Notes: generated by a model from the letters alone, not told the origin. Counted from the stretch's first letter, positions 10,186 to 20,234 are shown. The stretch is DNA of 64,000 bases from IMGVR_UViG_3300033997_000243:124001-188000, one strand, 5' to 3'. Made by a program: numbers and translations.

Positions 10186-10830
10186 TTACAGGTTAAACCA
10201 AACTTTGTTAATCTTTTCTCGCATAGACTTTTCTTCAGCTCGTTTCAGTTGCCAAATTTTCTTTATAACCTTGTCAACTTCTTTAACGAATTCAACTGAA
10301 CCACTTTCAACAAATATTGACTTTTTACGAGCAGATGATATTTGATGATCTTTGAACGGAACTTCTGCCTTACCAACAGTTATTTTACCGTTGCCCATGC
10401 AACGTACATCAGAAATTGAAAGACGGCGAATTTTATTTAAGATAGTGCGAATAAAATCTTCCTGAATTTCATCGTTCTTTTCCCAAAGCTTATAGTGGCG
10501 AATCGCAAGTTGATCAGCTATCTCGCAATTCAATAAGCTTAATGCCGCACGTATATAAATTTCTTGCATTGCACCTTTGCATGTACAACGATGACCAGTC
10601 ACTGAACTGTTACGACTGTTACTGCTATGCCAATTGCCTTGAATATTGGCAGCTTCGGCTTTGCAGAAAACGCACCAATGATAACCAAACAACTCTACTG
10701 TTGTAGAACTAATTTCTGGATAAAGCGTAGAACTGTGGTTGTATCGAAAGTTGTCGGAAATGGCGCAACGATCCATAAGTAAATGCGGCTCGTTAGATAC
10801 TAAATGTGGAAAGCGTTCTTCATATTTCAT
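10186..10830 (-). CDS. hypothetical protein, possible Zn finger
   Basis: WCVFC ... HRCTC cysteine pairs. Confidence 0.8.
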   Translation of the reverse strand: MKYEERFPHLVSNEPHLLMDRCAISDNFRYNHSSTLYPEISSTTVELFGYHWCVFCKAEAANIQGNWHSSNSRNSSVTGHRCTCKGAMQEIYIRAALSLLNCEIADQLAIRHYKLWEKNDEIQEDFIRTILNKIRRLSISDVRCMGNGKITVGKAEVPFKDHQISSARKKSIFVESGSVEFVKEVDKVIKKIWQLKRAEEKSMREKINKVWFNL

Positions 10831-11561
10831 AATTTCCCCTTATTCGATTTGCCTTGAAATTGTCTGCGACCTAAAATATTTTTACCAGCATTACTAGCTT
10901 GCTTAACCTCTTTTGCATAAGGCGCTACGGCTAAAGAGTAAGCATCTTCTCCGGCCCAAACCAACATAGCTAATAAATCCACCGGAACTAATTCATAGCC
11001 TTTTGGTATTAAACCAGAATCCCGTAATTCAGTTGGAGTCATTGGAGTAACATCGGCTTTGTCATAATCAGCACGAACAATATCAAAAGGCATATAAAAG
11101 TTTTTTCTTCTTTCAATCTGTCGTTGTTCGTATTCTAACTGTTCGCGTTTCTTATCAGCTTCTTGTAAAGGAAGTAACTGATTGATTATTTCAGACAAAC
11201 GTAAAGCTTCTCCATATCTGCAATCAAGAATATCCTTACCAAATTCATTATAAGAAAGCATGTAGTAAGAGTTTTCTTTTTCAAGCTTGAACTCTAAAGA
11301 TCTTCCGGCAAGAAAAGGGAAATCTTCAGCAAGTTCTTGTTCGAGTTCTGTTATTTCAGACTGAAAGATTTGGTCAAGTAGTTTATCGGCTTCTGTTGTG
11401 TTCTCCTCTCTAGGAATCAACTTCCCCACTTTCTGCATAAAGCGTTGAACATACCCAACAATTTTACACTGATCATGGTAGGCATCTAATACTTTTAACT
11501 GCTCAGCATCCGCAAACTTTCTTAAAGCGTAAATTTCGGAATCTGACAACTCTTTAGACAT
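10827..11561 (-). CDS. hypothetical protein (coiled coil)
   Basis: Start moved to MSKELSD (GGAG RBS), downstream of the terminator. Confidence 0.8.
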   Translation of the reverse strand: MSKELSDSEIYALRKFADAEQLKVLDAYHDQCKIVGYVQRFMQKVGKLIPREENTTEADKLLDQIFQSEITELEQELAEDFPFLAGRSLEFKLEKENSYYMLSYNEFGKDILDCRYGEALRLSEIINQLLPLQEADKKREQLEYEQRQIERRKNFYMPFDIVRADYDKADVTPMTPTELRDSGLIPKGYELVPVDLLAMLVWAGEDAYSLAVAPYAKEVKQASNAGKNILGRRQFQGKSNKGKL

Positions 11562-11571
11562 TTTAATCTCC

Positions 11572-11598
11572 AAAATAAATGGGGCCGAAGCCCCTTTA
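11572..11598 (-). terminator. Rho-independent terminator (UUCG loop)
   Basis: AAAGGGGC-TTCG-GCCCCATTTATTTT right after the LemA-like gene stop. Confidence 0.85.
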
Positions 11599-12180
11599 TC
11601 AGAAAACAGATTTCGCTTGTTTAGTTTCGTAGGCTTCAACTGTAGAAGCATCTAAAACCAGATCGCACATGGCTAAACTGAATTCCTTTTTGTTGCTTTC
11701 ATCAGGACGACCAGCCATGCTGTACCACATACCACTCCAGCTGCGACCTAATTCATATTTAAAGGTTGTACAATCAGTATTCAAATTTTCCTGATGCACT
11801 CCATATTCATCACGACCTGAATCAATAAGCACTGCCATCTTTGTTACTAATTCGTTGTTGACCGGAATATTGTTTTCCTTCAACCATTGAACAGCTGCTT
11901 GAGAACCGTCAGCACCATAACGCGAAGTATTGCTGGAGGTTAAAAGATCTTTCAGTGCTTGAGTGTCCATGTTTTTCAGACCTTTCAGATCCTGCATTTT
12001 GAGTGTGTACTTACTTAAAGCAGATTGTGCAAGGCGATAAGTTGAACCTATCTTTACCTGAAAATCTGAACCGCGATCTTTGTAGTGAAAGTAGGTTGCA
12101 GCAAATGCAGCTGCAATTAAAAACAACGAACCTAAGATACCGAGAAAAATACCCAGTGCCGAACCTTTTTGCATTTTCAT
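11599..12180 (-). CDS. LemA-like membrane-anchored protein
   Basis: N-terminal TM followed by a helical domain with RYGADGSQAAVQWLKE and IDSGRDEY...QENL, LemA-like pattern. Confidence 0.55.
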   Translation of the reverse strand: MKMQKGSALGIFLGILGSLFLIAAAFAATYFHYKDRGSDFQVKIGSTYRLAQSALSKYTLKMQDLKGLKNMDTQALKDLLTSSNTSRYGADGSQAAVQWLKENNIPVNNELVTKMAVLIDSGRDEYGVHQENLNTDCTTFKYELGRSWSGMWYSMAGRPDESNKKEFSLAMCDLVLDASTVEAYETKQAKSVF

Positions 12181-13325
12181 AAATTTACTTCCCTCATTTT
12201 ACGTGAAATAAAATAACTGACTAACAAGTTTAAGGATGCCATGATAAATGAAAACCACAGCGGTATCTGAACTTCAGATTTCTTTTTAGCAAAAGTCTCG
12301 GCAGGTAAACGAACAAAAAGTTTATCCACCATTTCTAATTGCGAATCCACTAACTGCGGAGTGAACGGTTTACCGACAGACATGAATTTAAGTTCAGTCA
12401 ATAGTTCCCTGTTGTTCATTCCTTTTGCGTATGTATTTGCGTTGAACCAAAGAATTTCATTACCTTCTTGATTCATGCCCAACATTATTATCAGATCATT
12501 CTTTTTGCCACCCGCCCATTTTGACATAGTGGCATAAAAATAATCAGGACTTTCTTCGGTCAGAACATAAATAATGTTGATTTGTTTCTGGCTGCCTTTA
12601 ACAGTGAGCCAACGACTAACTTTTTCGTTTAGCCAACTGGTTCCAGCTTTGGTTGTATTCAACACGCGATTATAATCAAAGTAGTTGTATACTTCTGGAT
12701 AATTGTGCAGTGTTCCCGCATAGCGCTCTTCCAAACTTTCTGATTTGAAATTTAGACTGTTATCACCTATCAACAGAAAGTTTTCATAACTATTTTCGGC
12801 TGATGCAGGATCACCTACTCGAAGCGAAGCCCAATAAGGTGGGGTATTTAAACCTTGTCTATTGTTTGGGCCACGAGAAATAGTGAAGGTTCCAACTGTG
12901 GTAAATACATCCCAGTCAACATCGTAGTCATGTTCGTAGCACGTTGAACATTTGCGCGTACAACTTTTGCTTCCATCGCTTCGTTTTGTACATACATCAT
13001 GGCAAGGTGGACACGAAAAAGAATGGCTACAACTAACTTCATCACGTTGTTTTCCAACCACACTACCATTTAATATTTCAAAGTCAGAAGAGGCTGTTGT
13101 TAAATAGATAAAGAAAAATATCATACTGAAAGCCGCAACGAACGTATTACCTAGTGCGCTTATACCAAATTCTTTCAGCGTTATTTTCTCAAAGTTGGTA
13201 TGCTCAATTCTAGGTCGTCTATACTTAGGTATATTCGGATCAACTGGTGCGTCTTTATGTCTGAACCAACACACGAAAGTTGTGACAAATCCAAACAAAA
13301 GACAGATAAAAAAGTGCTGCATCAT
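12177..13325 (-). CDS. membrane protein with Cys-rich loop and TPM/YgcG-like domain
   Basis: Two N-terminal TMs, CSHSFSCPPC..C..C..CSTCYEH, WAGGKKNDLIIMLG, C-terminal TM. Confidence 0.6.
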   Translation of the reverse strand: MMQHFFICLLFGFVTTFVCWFRHKDAPVDPNIPKYRRPRIEHTNFEKITLKEFGISALGNTFVAAFSMIFFFIYLTTASSDFEILNGSVVGKQRDEVSCSHSFSCPPCHDVCTKRSDGSKSCTRKCSTCYEHDYDVDWDVFTTVGTFTISRGPNNRQGLNTPPYWASLRVGDPASAENSYENFLLIGDNSLNFKSESLEERYAGTLHNYPEVYNYFDYNRVLNTTKAGTSWLNEKVSRWLTVKGSQKQINIIYVLTEESPDYFYATMSKWAGGKKNDLIIMLGMNQEGNEILWFNANTYAKGMNNRELLTELKFMSVGKPFTPQLVDSQLEMVDKLFVRLPAETFAKKKSEVQIPLWFSFIMASLNLLVSYFISRKMREVNL

Positions 13326-13927
13326 TTGCGTTCACCATATCTTTTTAAATAATAGGTCTTACCTGCTTCAAGGTGAGCAGCTTCGTCAAGCTCTATTAAA
13401 AGTTTAATACGCTGTTCAAACTCTTCTTCAGTTTCTTGAAATCTGCGCTGAAGTAAAGCTTTCATTACCAAAGAAAGATCCTTTGTTTTCCAGCGAATTA
13501 CTACACCACGAAAATCTACACGCTGGCCTTTTTCTGAAACACCGTCGAAAATATCAGTAAAGGGTGAAACAAACTCTATACGCAGTGACTTGATATTAAT
13601 GAGATTTTCTAAAATCAGTTCAATGGCGTCAACACCTTCAACCGTGTATACAAGCAGCATGTAACCAGAAGAGTCTGGTACAAACTCTCTCGCCTTTTTA
13701 GAAAAGCCAAAATGTTTTTCGATTTGACCCATTGAGAAAGATTGACCGCTGCACGAATACAAAGATGTCACACCATAGTTTGTGTTGATATAGTGTAGAA
13801 CATCGGACAAAGCAGGATCTATTGCATCAATCGAATCTTCAGGTTCAAGATATTTAACGGCTTCCCACTCGCGTTTAAAGTGAGAATACAATTGGTCATC
13901 TATTGCAAATTGCTTTACAAAATTCAT
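13322..13927 (-). CDS. TYW3-like motif protein
   Basis: IDPALSDVLHYINTNYGVTSLYSCSGQ matches the D-x-x-h...IN...T-x-x-SCSG motif; start moved to MNFVKQF (GGAG). Confidence 0.55.
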   Translation of the reverse strand: MNFVKQFAIDDQLYSHFKREWEAVKYLEPEDSIDAIDPALSDVLHYINTNYGVTSLYSCSGQSFSMGQIEKHFGFSKKAREFVPDSSGYMLLVYTVEGVDAIELILENLINIKSLRIEFVSPFTDIFDGVSEKGQRVDFRGVVIRWKTKDLSLVMKALLQRRFQETEEEFEQRIKLLIELDEAAHLEAGKTYYLKRYGERK

Positions 13928-13929
13928 GG

Positions 13930-14577
13930 TTACTCCAAAACATAATCGTCGTATTTGCAACCACGAGTAGCTGCAAAATCTTCAAATAAAGAAAGTAAAA
14001 CAGGATTAGAAATTTTATAACCGCTGCTTACATAAAACCGCGAAACCATCCAAACACGTTGAGTGTCAGAGCAAGCATAAAACTCAACAAAATCTCTGAA
14101 AGAATAAAGTTCACATTCGCTTTGGACATTTCCATCAACAACTACTTTTGTCCGGCAGTTCATTAACTGAGTTGCATACGAAGTTTTTAAAGCGCTGTGT
14201 TTCTTTTCAATTACCTGAATGGCGTCAGCAACAAATTCCAGAAACGGAATTTTGATACCAACATCAGAACATTCCAGAGTAGCTTTTCTCCAAGCATTCA
14301 TTGCAGCAGTCGGAGTTAAACCTGAACCTTGTACGTTAAGTGTGCCGATACGCAAACTTTCACCAACCGAATATTTGAAACCAGCAATCATGTTGCCTAC
14401 TGAGAAAATCTTGTCATCAACTATTTCAAGGTTTTCCACAGTTTCTGTGTTGGCAGTTAAAGTTTGACCAGACATCAACTTTACTTCAAAAAGAATTCCA
14501 GCTTCTGAATGTTGCACCTTTACATAATCAACTGTTTTAAGTTTGCGCGGCATCTGATTTTCCTTTTGTCGGCTCAT
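13930..14577 (-). CDS. hypothetical protein
   Basis: Tiles; GGAG RBS. Confidence 0.8.
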   Translation of the reverse strand: MSRQKENQMPRKLKTVDYVKVQHSEAGILFEVKLMSGQTLTANTETVENLEIVDDKIFSVGNMIAGFKYSVGESLRIGTLNVQGSGLTPTAAMNAWRKATLECSDVGIKIPFLEFVADAIQVIEKKHSALKTSYATQLMNCRTKVVVDGNVQSECELYSFRDFVEFYACSDTQRVWMVSRFYVSSGYKISNPVLLSLFEDFAATRGCKYDDYVLE

Positions 14578-15218
14578 TCGCTTATCTCCAATGTGTTTTC
14601 AGAACCACTGCGGCATAAAAACTTTTGCTGTTGGTGTTTGTAGTAATACAGCACTTGAAAACGCGCGTCAGCTAATTTGGCCTCGGTTAATGGCGTGTCT
14701 GAATAAACTACACGATCCGTTTCAGCAAACAGATCTGGTTCAAACTTACCAAAGGCCGTGTAATAAATAAAGCGAGTAAGCATTGAATACTCTGGTTGTG
14801 CAAGGCTGCGAACCTTTCCACCGATACCAACAAAACCTACTGTTCTATACTCATGATCCAAATCAATTGCTTTTGCATAAAGATCCATCACTTGTTTGGC
14901 TGTCAAAGAATCGCACACGTAAGCTGCAAACAAAATGCTTAGCATTGGCATATACGCAAAATCAACGGAATCAAAAACATCAATAACGTGATTCGGTAAA
15001 TATGCAAAATTGTCTGGCTCAAGTGCCTGAAGAAATGCACAATCTTTTTTGATGTGCGCTGACAGCATGTGCGTGTAAGCATACTCAATCAAAAAACTAA
15101 GATGAATCATGTGAAGTAATCCACATGCTTCATATTGATCTGCATCCTTTGGGTATTCCAAGTTTGTACGCATGTGCTGCGGAATAATTCCGACCGAAAT
15201 AGAAACTACGTTGTCCAT
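14574..15218 (-). CDS. hypothetical protein
   Basis: AGAGGATA RBS. Confidence 0.85.
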   Translation of the reverse strand: MDNVVSISVGIIPQHMRTNLEYPKDADQYEACGLLHMIHLSFLIEYAYTHMLSAHIKKDCAFLQALEPDNFAYLPNHVIDVFDSVDFAYMPMLSILFAAYVCDSLTAKQVMDLYAKAIDLDHEYRTVGFVGIGGKVRSLAQPEYSMLTRFIYYTAFGKFEPDLFAETDRVVYSDTPLTEAKLADARFQVLYYYKHQQQKFLCRSGSENTLEISE

Positions 15219-15243
15219 AAAATATCCTCTGATATATAAACTC

Positions 15244-15254
15244 TGATTTACAGT
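15244..15254 (-). promoter_or_regulatory. ACTGTAAATCA intergenic motif, copy 2
   Basis: Exact 11-mer overlapping the upstream stop, 26 nt before the next ATG. Confidence 0.55.
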
Positions 15255-15850
15255 TAATGGTTAAATTGATTTCCAATATGAAAATCTTTGAAAATTTCTA
15301 AAACCCAATCAGCAGAAGTTCCATACTTTGCTAAAAAGTTTGCGAACGCATCTATTCGATAGCCTTCTTTTTCGTTAGTTTGGTACGCTTTAATAACACC
15401 CTTCAATGTGATTTGATATTCGATCATAAAATCCGAACAATCATCCACAGTATTCAGAGCTAATATCTGATTAACAAGTCTGGTGCGTGTCTTTTCAACT
15501 AGATCGTTCAGACTTAGATTGTAATCTGGATGATCTGGTGAGTTACATACCACTTTGCTATGATAAAATTCCACACTGGGAACCAGCATTGCTTCTATTG
15601 TAATAGCGCAAACTTTTTGAGCCAACTTCAAACTTACATTCGGCACGAAAATAATAAAGCTTTCGGCAGCCTGAGCCAGATTGTTTTGCAGTTCATCAAA
15701 GCTAGATGAATGATTAAGAATAGAAAAGTCCAGAATGTTGAACAACACTACAGGTACTGATCTTTCAAAGTAAGGTGGTAAATTCTCGTGCATTTCCATA
15801 AACGAAATATCCACTTCACTGTGACTAGGTAACATCTGTAATATTTTCAT
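15254..15850 (-). CDS. hypothetical protein
   Basis: Start moved to MKILQML (AGAGGATATT-ATG). Confidence 0.8.
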   Translation of the reverse strand: MKILQMLPSHSEVDISFMEMHENLPPYFERSVPVVLFNILDFSILNHSSSFDELQNNLAQAAESFIIFVPNVSLKLAQKVCAITIEAMLVPSVEFYHSKVVCNSPDHPDYNLSLNDLVEKTRTRLVNQILALNTVDDCSDFMIEYQITLKGVIKAYQTNEKEGYRIDAFANFLAKYGTSADWVLEIFKDFHIGNQFNH

Positions 15851-15865
15851 AATATCCTCTTGTAC

Positions 15866-15888
15866 AAATTGGTGGGAAAATTCCCACC
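15866..15888 (-). terminator. hairpin, weak terminator candidate
   Basis: GGTGGGAA/TTCCCACC inverted repeat after the stop; short U tract. Confidence 0.45.
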
Positions 15889-15891
15889 CTA

Positions 15892-17010
15892 CTACTTGAT
15901 TTCTAGCAGACCAACAATCATTTTCTTGACCGTTTTTCCGCACTCTTTCAGAACACGAACACTTTCTTCGATGTCCTGAATTTTCACCATTACGTAATCA
16001 CGTTCTCTTGCCGTCAGCAATTTCATTTGATCGCTGTTGATAACTTCTTCTGCGTTATCCAAAAGTTCTTTAACGCAAGAATTGTGATCACAATTAAAGT
16101 GATTCATGTCCTGAATTAGCATAGAGGCCAGATGCGTGTTACCACGAATGCTTTTACCGCCTTTGTTACTAACAAACATTGGATTTTCGATTTCTTTAGC
16201 CTCGGCCTTTGCTACATAACGCTCAATAGTAACATTGAGTCGTGTCAGCAATTTAACGCAATCACGCTGCATTAAAAGTTTGTAATAAAAATAACGGTAA
16301 AAGTGTGTTGCATTTTGCATGGCCCAAAGTTTGGCTGTACGCGCACGACCAGCTGCATCAACATTACGAACATTGCGCTTTATTAATTTAAGTTCGTGCT
16401 TTTCTAACTTACGTTTGTTCTTACGTGAGCCAGCACGAATCATAAAACGATCACCCGCTGAATTCATGCAAAGCTGTGTAAGTTCTTTGCGTATAGCCGT
16501 GCGTGATTTACTTGCGGCCAAAAGCTTTTCCATTGACGTAGTTTTCAACGGGCCATTTTCTATCAGATGAAGGCAAAGCGCTGTAGCACAATCCAACATC
16601 ATATAGTTTTTGTATTTAGAAACCCGTTTTTCTGCTTCACGCGGATCTACATTCGGATCACGCACAATCCGTTCTTTATGATTGTCAGCTACTTCCTGAG
16701 TGATAGACTTTTTCGCGGCCAGCCAATCTAACCATTCGTTAAAGCTCATACCACAATAGCCGGAACCTGAATCTTCAGCGTATGTGCTGAATTCAAAACG
16801 CAAACGATCAAAAAGTTCGCGCAGCGTTTCGCCGGTTTTTGGATCACGATGCTGAACAAAATATTTGTCAGTCAGCAGATCTGTATAGAAAGCCCCATCT
16901 AATTCTTCGGCACGGAATTGCCCGTGAAAAATTTCAGTAACGGTGATTACTGGAGATCCAACAGAAAACTGTGGACGTAAATGATAAACTTGACCTACTT
17001 TAATTTCCAT
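15892..17010 (-). CDS. hypothetical protein
   Basis: 372 aa; AGAGGATATT-ATG. Confidence 0.9.
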   Translation of the reverse strand: MEIKVGQVYHLRPQFSVGSPVITVTEIFHGQFRAEELDGAFYTDLLTDKYFVQHRDPKTGETLRELFDRLRFEFSTYAEDSGSGYCGMSFNEWLDWLAAKKSITQEVADNHKERIVRDPNVDPREAEKRVSKYKNYMMLDCATALCLHLIENGPLKTTSMEKLLAASKSRTAIRKELTQLCMNSAGDRFMIRAGSRKNKRKLEKHELKLIKRNVRNVDAAGRARTAKLWAMQNATHFYRYFYYKLLMQRDCVKLLTRLNVTIERYVAKAEAKEIENPMFVSNKGGKSIRGNTHLASMLIQDMNHFNCDHNSCVKELLDNAEEVINSDQMKLLTARERDYVMVKIQDIEESVRVLKECGKTVKKMIVGLLEIK

Positions 17011-17020
17011 AATATCCTCT

Positions 17021-17221
17021 CTATCTTTTTACTTTTAAACACCTGTCCATCGCGTGTATTAGTGCGAACGGCCCAAGCAGAACAAGAAGAATACATTCCA
17101 ACCTAAAAAGTTCAGTACCTTTTACATCGAAAAATTCTTCCTTCGGCATAATAATTACAGCGAGTATTCCAGAACCAAACCAGAATAACAGAAAAAGAAG
17201 CAGAAATAAAAATTCACTCAT
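17021..17221 (-). CDS. small membrane protein
   Basis: Two hydrophobic segments; AAGGAG RBS. Confidence 0.8.
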   Translation of the reverse strand: MSEFLFLLLFLLFWFGSGILAVIIMPKEEFFDVKGTELFRLECILLVLLGPFALIHAMDRCLKVKR

Positions 17222-17233
17222 TTCTGTCTCCTT

Positions 17234-17716
17234 CTAACCTGCATTTCTTCTGAACTCTAAAAGCTTTTGCTCTAAGTTTCGCAATTCGCCGTTTAATTTA
17301 TTCCATTCGGTTTCATAAGAACCAACATACTCTATCAAATTTACTTTAACACCAACTTTTTTCAAAAGCTTATCCAACGACATAACATCTTTAGAATCAA
17401 GTAGTGGCGCTGGCGGTAAACTTTCGTAGCCGCAAAATTTAACGTCCATAAGGTATTCAGCTAAATCCGCAAGACGATTCGCAGTCACTTGATCAATCTT
17501 ATCTGAATAAGCAACTTCCATTAGCTTACAGGCAACTGCATGATTCAGACCTTTCCATCTGGCAAGAAATTTATGCCGTACATTAACATAGCTTTCAAAC
17601 AAAGGCCAAATTTCTGTGTCACCAAGCACCCTATAGATTCGCTTTTCCGTTTTCTTACCTATAGGGAAAATTGGAGTTCCACTTATAATGCAAGCACTTC
17701 TCAAAACATCAAGCAT
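17234..17716 (-). CDS. hypothetical protein
   Basis: Start moved to MLDVLRS (AAGGTGG). Confidence 0.75.
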   Translation of the reverse strand: MLDVLRSACIISGTPIFPIGKKTEKRIYRVLGDTEIWPLFESYVNVRHKFLARWKGLNHAVACKLMEVAYSDKIDQVTANRLADLAEYLMDVKFCGYESLPPAPLLDSKDVMSLDKLLKKVGVKVNLIEYVGSYETEWNKLNGELRNLEQKLLEFRRNAG

Positions 17717-17726
17717 ACAAACCACC

Positions 17727-18212
17727 TTAGATAGTTTTTGCAATCGTTTCAATATTCGCCAACGACAGACAAATAATATCAAACTCTTTTTGTTGAGTCC
17801 GATGAATTTGCATTCCAGATAAAGCAGCTTTTATGTCATTTACTTCTGCCAGCAACTTTCCTTCGGCTTGAAGTCGTGCCGTTGCTCTGTCAATCTTTGC
17901 TGTCGGTTCTTCTTCCAAAGTTTTCCAAAGCGTGATATTAATAATTCCTTCACGTTCACCTTTTTCACCTGAAGTCGTTACAGTAACTTTGACCCAACCC
18001 AAGGATAGATAATGGGCTTTGACTTTTTCACGTAACACAAATAACGCGCTGCCAAAATCTTTGTACAGATCCAGCTGAAGGTAGATATGGTCTGGATGCC
18101 AGTTGATAAACCATCCGGCCTCAACTTTACCCTGAAATTGTTTATCCAATTCAGCCAATAAATCGGCCAATGTCAAATTTGTTTTTGGAGCTAAAGCATC
18201 TGGTTTGAACAT
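17727..18212 (-). CDS. hypothetical protein (shared Y/F-x3-GW domain family)
   Basis: AGGAG RBS; YLSLGWVKVTV...GIINITL. Confidence 0.85.
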   Translation of the reverse strand: MFKPDALAPKTNLTLADLLAELDKQFQGKVEAGWFINWHPDHIYLQLDLYKDFGSALFVLREKVKAHYLSLGWVKVTVTTSGEKGEREGIINITLWKTLEEEPTAKIDRATARLQAEGKLLAEVNDIKAALSGMQIHRTQQKEFDIICLSLANIETIAKTI

Positions 18213-18221
18213 TTCGTTCTC

Positions 18222-18677
18222 CTAATTAAAAGTTGGTTTTGGTATTCTGAAACTTACAAAAGCACAGGTGCGAACATCATCCACAATAATATCCGTGTAA
18301 GCTGTCACAGTAAAAGCATTGTTACTTACGTTAAAACTTTCACGAAGATAACGTATACCCTCTTTTGCCTTGAGTCCATTTAGTGCAGATATTATTCCTT
18401 GAAAGACTCCGGTTGCCGCAAAGATAACCAAGATTTCTTCTTTGCTAAAAATATGCGAGATCTGATCGTACATACCTTGGATTCTTTTCGCACCTATATC
18501 AAAATCTTCGGGAATAGGTAACAAACTTTCAGTCACCTCTTCGTCAAAGCAACAATTGTTTGGCAATATTTTTCCTACAACATTCATACGGCCAAAAGCT
18601 TCACAAAATTCAAGGTCTTTATGTTCCTTTACTTTTGCCATTATCAGCTGCCTAAAATTTTCAATCCTTTCGTTCAC
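18222..18677 (-). CDS. hypothetical protein
   Basis: AGGAG RBS, GTG start. Confidence 0.8.
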   Translation of the reverse strand: MNERIENFRQLIMAKVKEHKDLEFCEAFGRMNVVGKILPNNCCFDEEVTESLLPIPEDFDIGAKRIQGMYDQISHIFSKEEILVIFAATGVFQGIISALNGLKAKEGIRYLRESFNVSNNAFTVTAYTDIIVDDVRTCAFVSFRIPKPTFN

Positions 18678-18686
18678 TTGAATCTC

Positions 18687-19157
18687 CTATACGTCAAGCC
18701 AACGTGTGTAAAACGCATCAGCTTCTTTGTTATCTACAGGCCAATAAAACTGATTGTTGAACAGCAAGTAATGAGCATCAGGAACAAACGGAACCAATTC
18801 TTTGTTGATATGATTGGTCATAAGTTTTTTCATATACTCGCCATTTACAATCGCAAACTTTTCTGCGTTTTCTTCTGGCCCAACGAACTTTAAAATATCT
18901 GTTGGCCAAAAGCGTTGACCTACAATACCTTCATGCAAAAGACTTGCAATCAATCGGACTTCCGCATGACTTGTTGTGTACTCACGCGGTTTGAAAGGGC
19001 TGCCACATTCACCAGCATACGCTAAATAAATCTCGTAAATGTGTATTGGTCGTTGCGCCTTTAAAGCAGCAAAATAATTCACAACTTTTTGAAGCCGTGG
19101 TTTCAGGCGCTCTTGCTGATAAATGACTTCAAGAACTGGTGTTAAGGTAATTGGCAT
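18687..19157 (-). CDS. hypothetical protein
   Basis: AAGGAGG RBS. Confidence 0.85.
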   Translation of the reverse strand: MPITLTPVLEVIYQQERLKPRLQKVVNYFAALKAQRPIHIYEIYLAYAGECGSPFKPREYTTSHAEVRLIASLLHEGIVGQRFWPTDILKFVGPEENAEKFAIVNGEYMKKLMTNHINKELVPFVPDAHYLLFNNQFYWPVDNKEADAFYTRWLDV

Positions 19158-19864
19158 AAATCGCCCTCCTTAGTCAACTGAACTTCAATAACAAATTTTG
19201 GATTGCCTGTAGGTAAACGAATTGCAATAACCGACAACTTTTTGTTGTTAAGAAATTCGTAAACTTCATCCATTTCCGAATACCAGCGATCTTTGTTCCA
19301 GACATCGTGGGCGATCTCACGAATAAAGTCCGTTTTTTGTACGCTGAGGTAAATCAGCGCTGAGATCTTTTCAGACAAATCTGCTTTAACAAGCAAAGAT
19401 ACTTCAACCATTTTACTTGTTAACACAAGTTTTTCAGAACCGCTTGCGAAGTTCATTACAGCTAGTTGCGGAGAATCCTGATCAACTTCACGCAATTGCC
19501 AAAACTTATAGTCTATACGTAAGCGCACAAAAGAACTCATTAGTTCTATAAGTGAAACTGGTTCAGCTGGCACAGGCTTATTAGAAACTGGTTTAATTTC
19601 CGAAGTATCTGCCATTTGCAAATCCGATAAAGTTGTTCCACCATACAAATGAGCAGTACCATCAAAATAAAATTTGTAGCGGTGCTGACCTGTTGGATTG
19701 TGAATGACAGCTGAAATACCCTGAGTATAATTTTCAGTGTCTCGTGCTTCCGCAAAATTTTGCGGAGCCTTTGGAAATTCGATTTTAAAATCTGTTACTT
19801 TACGACCGTCCAATGTAACAACAGGATGTCCGGCCATAGCCAATTGAATGTCAAACTTTTTCAT
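19142..19864 (-). CDS. hypothetical protein with common phage N-terminal domain
   Basis: MKKFDIQLAMAGHPVVTLDGRKV pattern; AGAGGA RBS. Confidence 0.85.
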   Translation of the reverse strand: MKKFDIQLAMAGHPVVTLDGRKVTDFKIEFPKAPQNFAEARDTENYTQGISAVIHNPTGQHRYKFYFDGTAHLYGGTTLSDLQMADTSEIKPVSNKPVPAEPVSLIELMSSFVRLRIDYKFWQLREVDQDSPQLAVMNFASGSEKLVLTSKMVEVSLLVKADLSEKISALIYLSVQKTDFIREIAHDVWNKDRWYSEMDEVYEFLNNKKLSVIAIRLPTGNPKFVIEVQLTKEGDLCQLP

Positions 19865-19892
19865 ATATCCTCTCTTTATTGAAACAATTTAC

Positions 19893-19931
19893 TTCAGCGC
19901 AGACACTTACAAAATGTCTGCTAGAAATAAA
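19893..19931 (-). repeat. conserved post-stop hairpin, copy 1
   Basis: GCAGACA-UUUUGUAAG-UGUCUGC, 10 nt after the UAG. Confidence 0.6.
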
Positions 19932-20234
19932 CTACTCGTGAATCACCCAGTTTTCAGAGCATAAATCGCAAATGATAAACCAGCAAGGCATATCAAACAT
20001 TGAAGGATTGTCGGGCGCGTAAAACCAGACTCCATGTAATGCTTGTGAAATCTCAAGAGCTTTTTCTTTGGTGTAAGAATTGGCTGCTTTAATTTCTGCA
20101 CCTAAGCGTTGAACTTCAACAACATGGTGGCGAATACTTTTGATCTTTTTATATTCTTCCAGATTCGGAAGCACATGATCTGTTAATGCCGCCCACCAAC
20201 TTTTTAGATCAGTTATTTTAACTTGTTCGCTCAT
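19932..20234 (-). CDS. hypothetical protein
   Basis: AAGGAG RBS. Confidence 0.85.
   Translation of the reverse strand: MSEQVKITDLKSWWAALTDHVLPNLEEYKKIKSIRHHVVEVQRLGAEIKAANSYTKEKALEISQALHGVWFYAPDNPSMFDMPCWFIICDLCSENWVIHE

Noticed and set aside
10165-17020. Repeated AGAGGATATTATG at several gene starts as a separate regulatory repeat
   Set aside because: Adequately explained as a preferred Shine-Dalgarno plus spacer
19865-19931. SECIS/PYLIS-like read-through or +1 frameshift at the post-stop hairpins (all four gaps are 1 mod 3)
   Set aside because: Stops are UAG/UAA, downstream genes are out of frame, and in copy 1 the shifted frame hits TAA inside the hairpin
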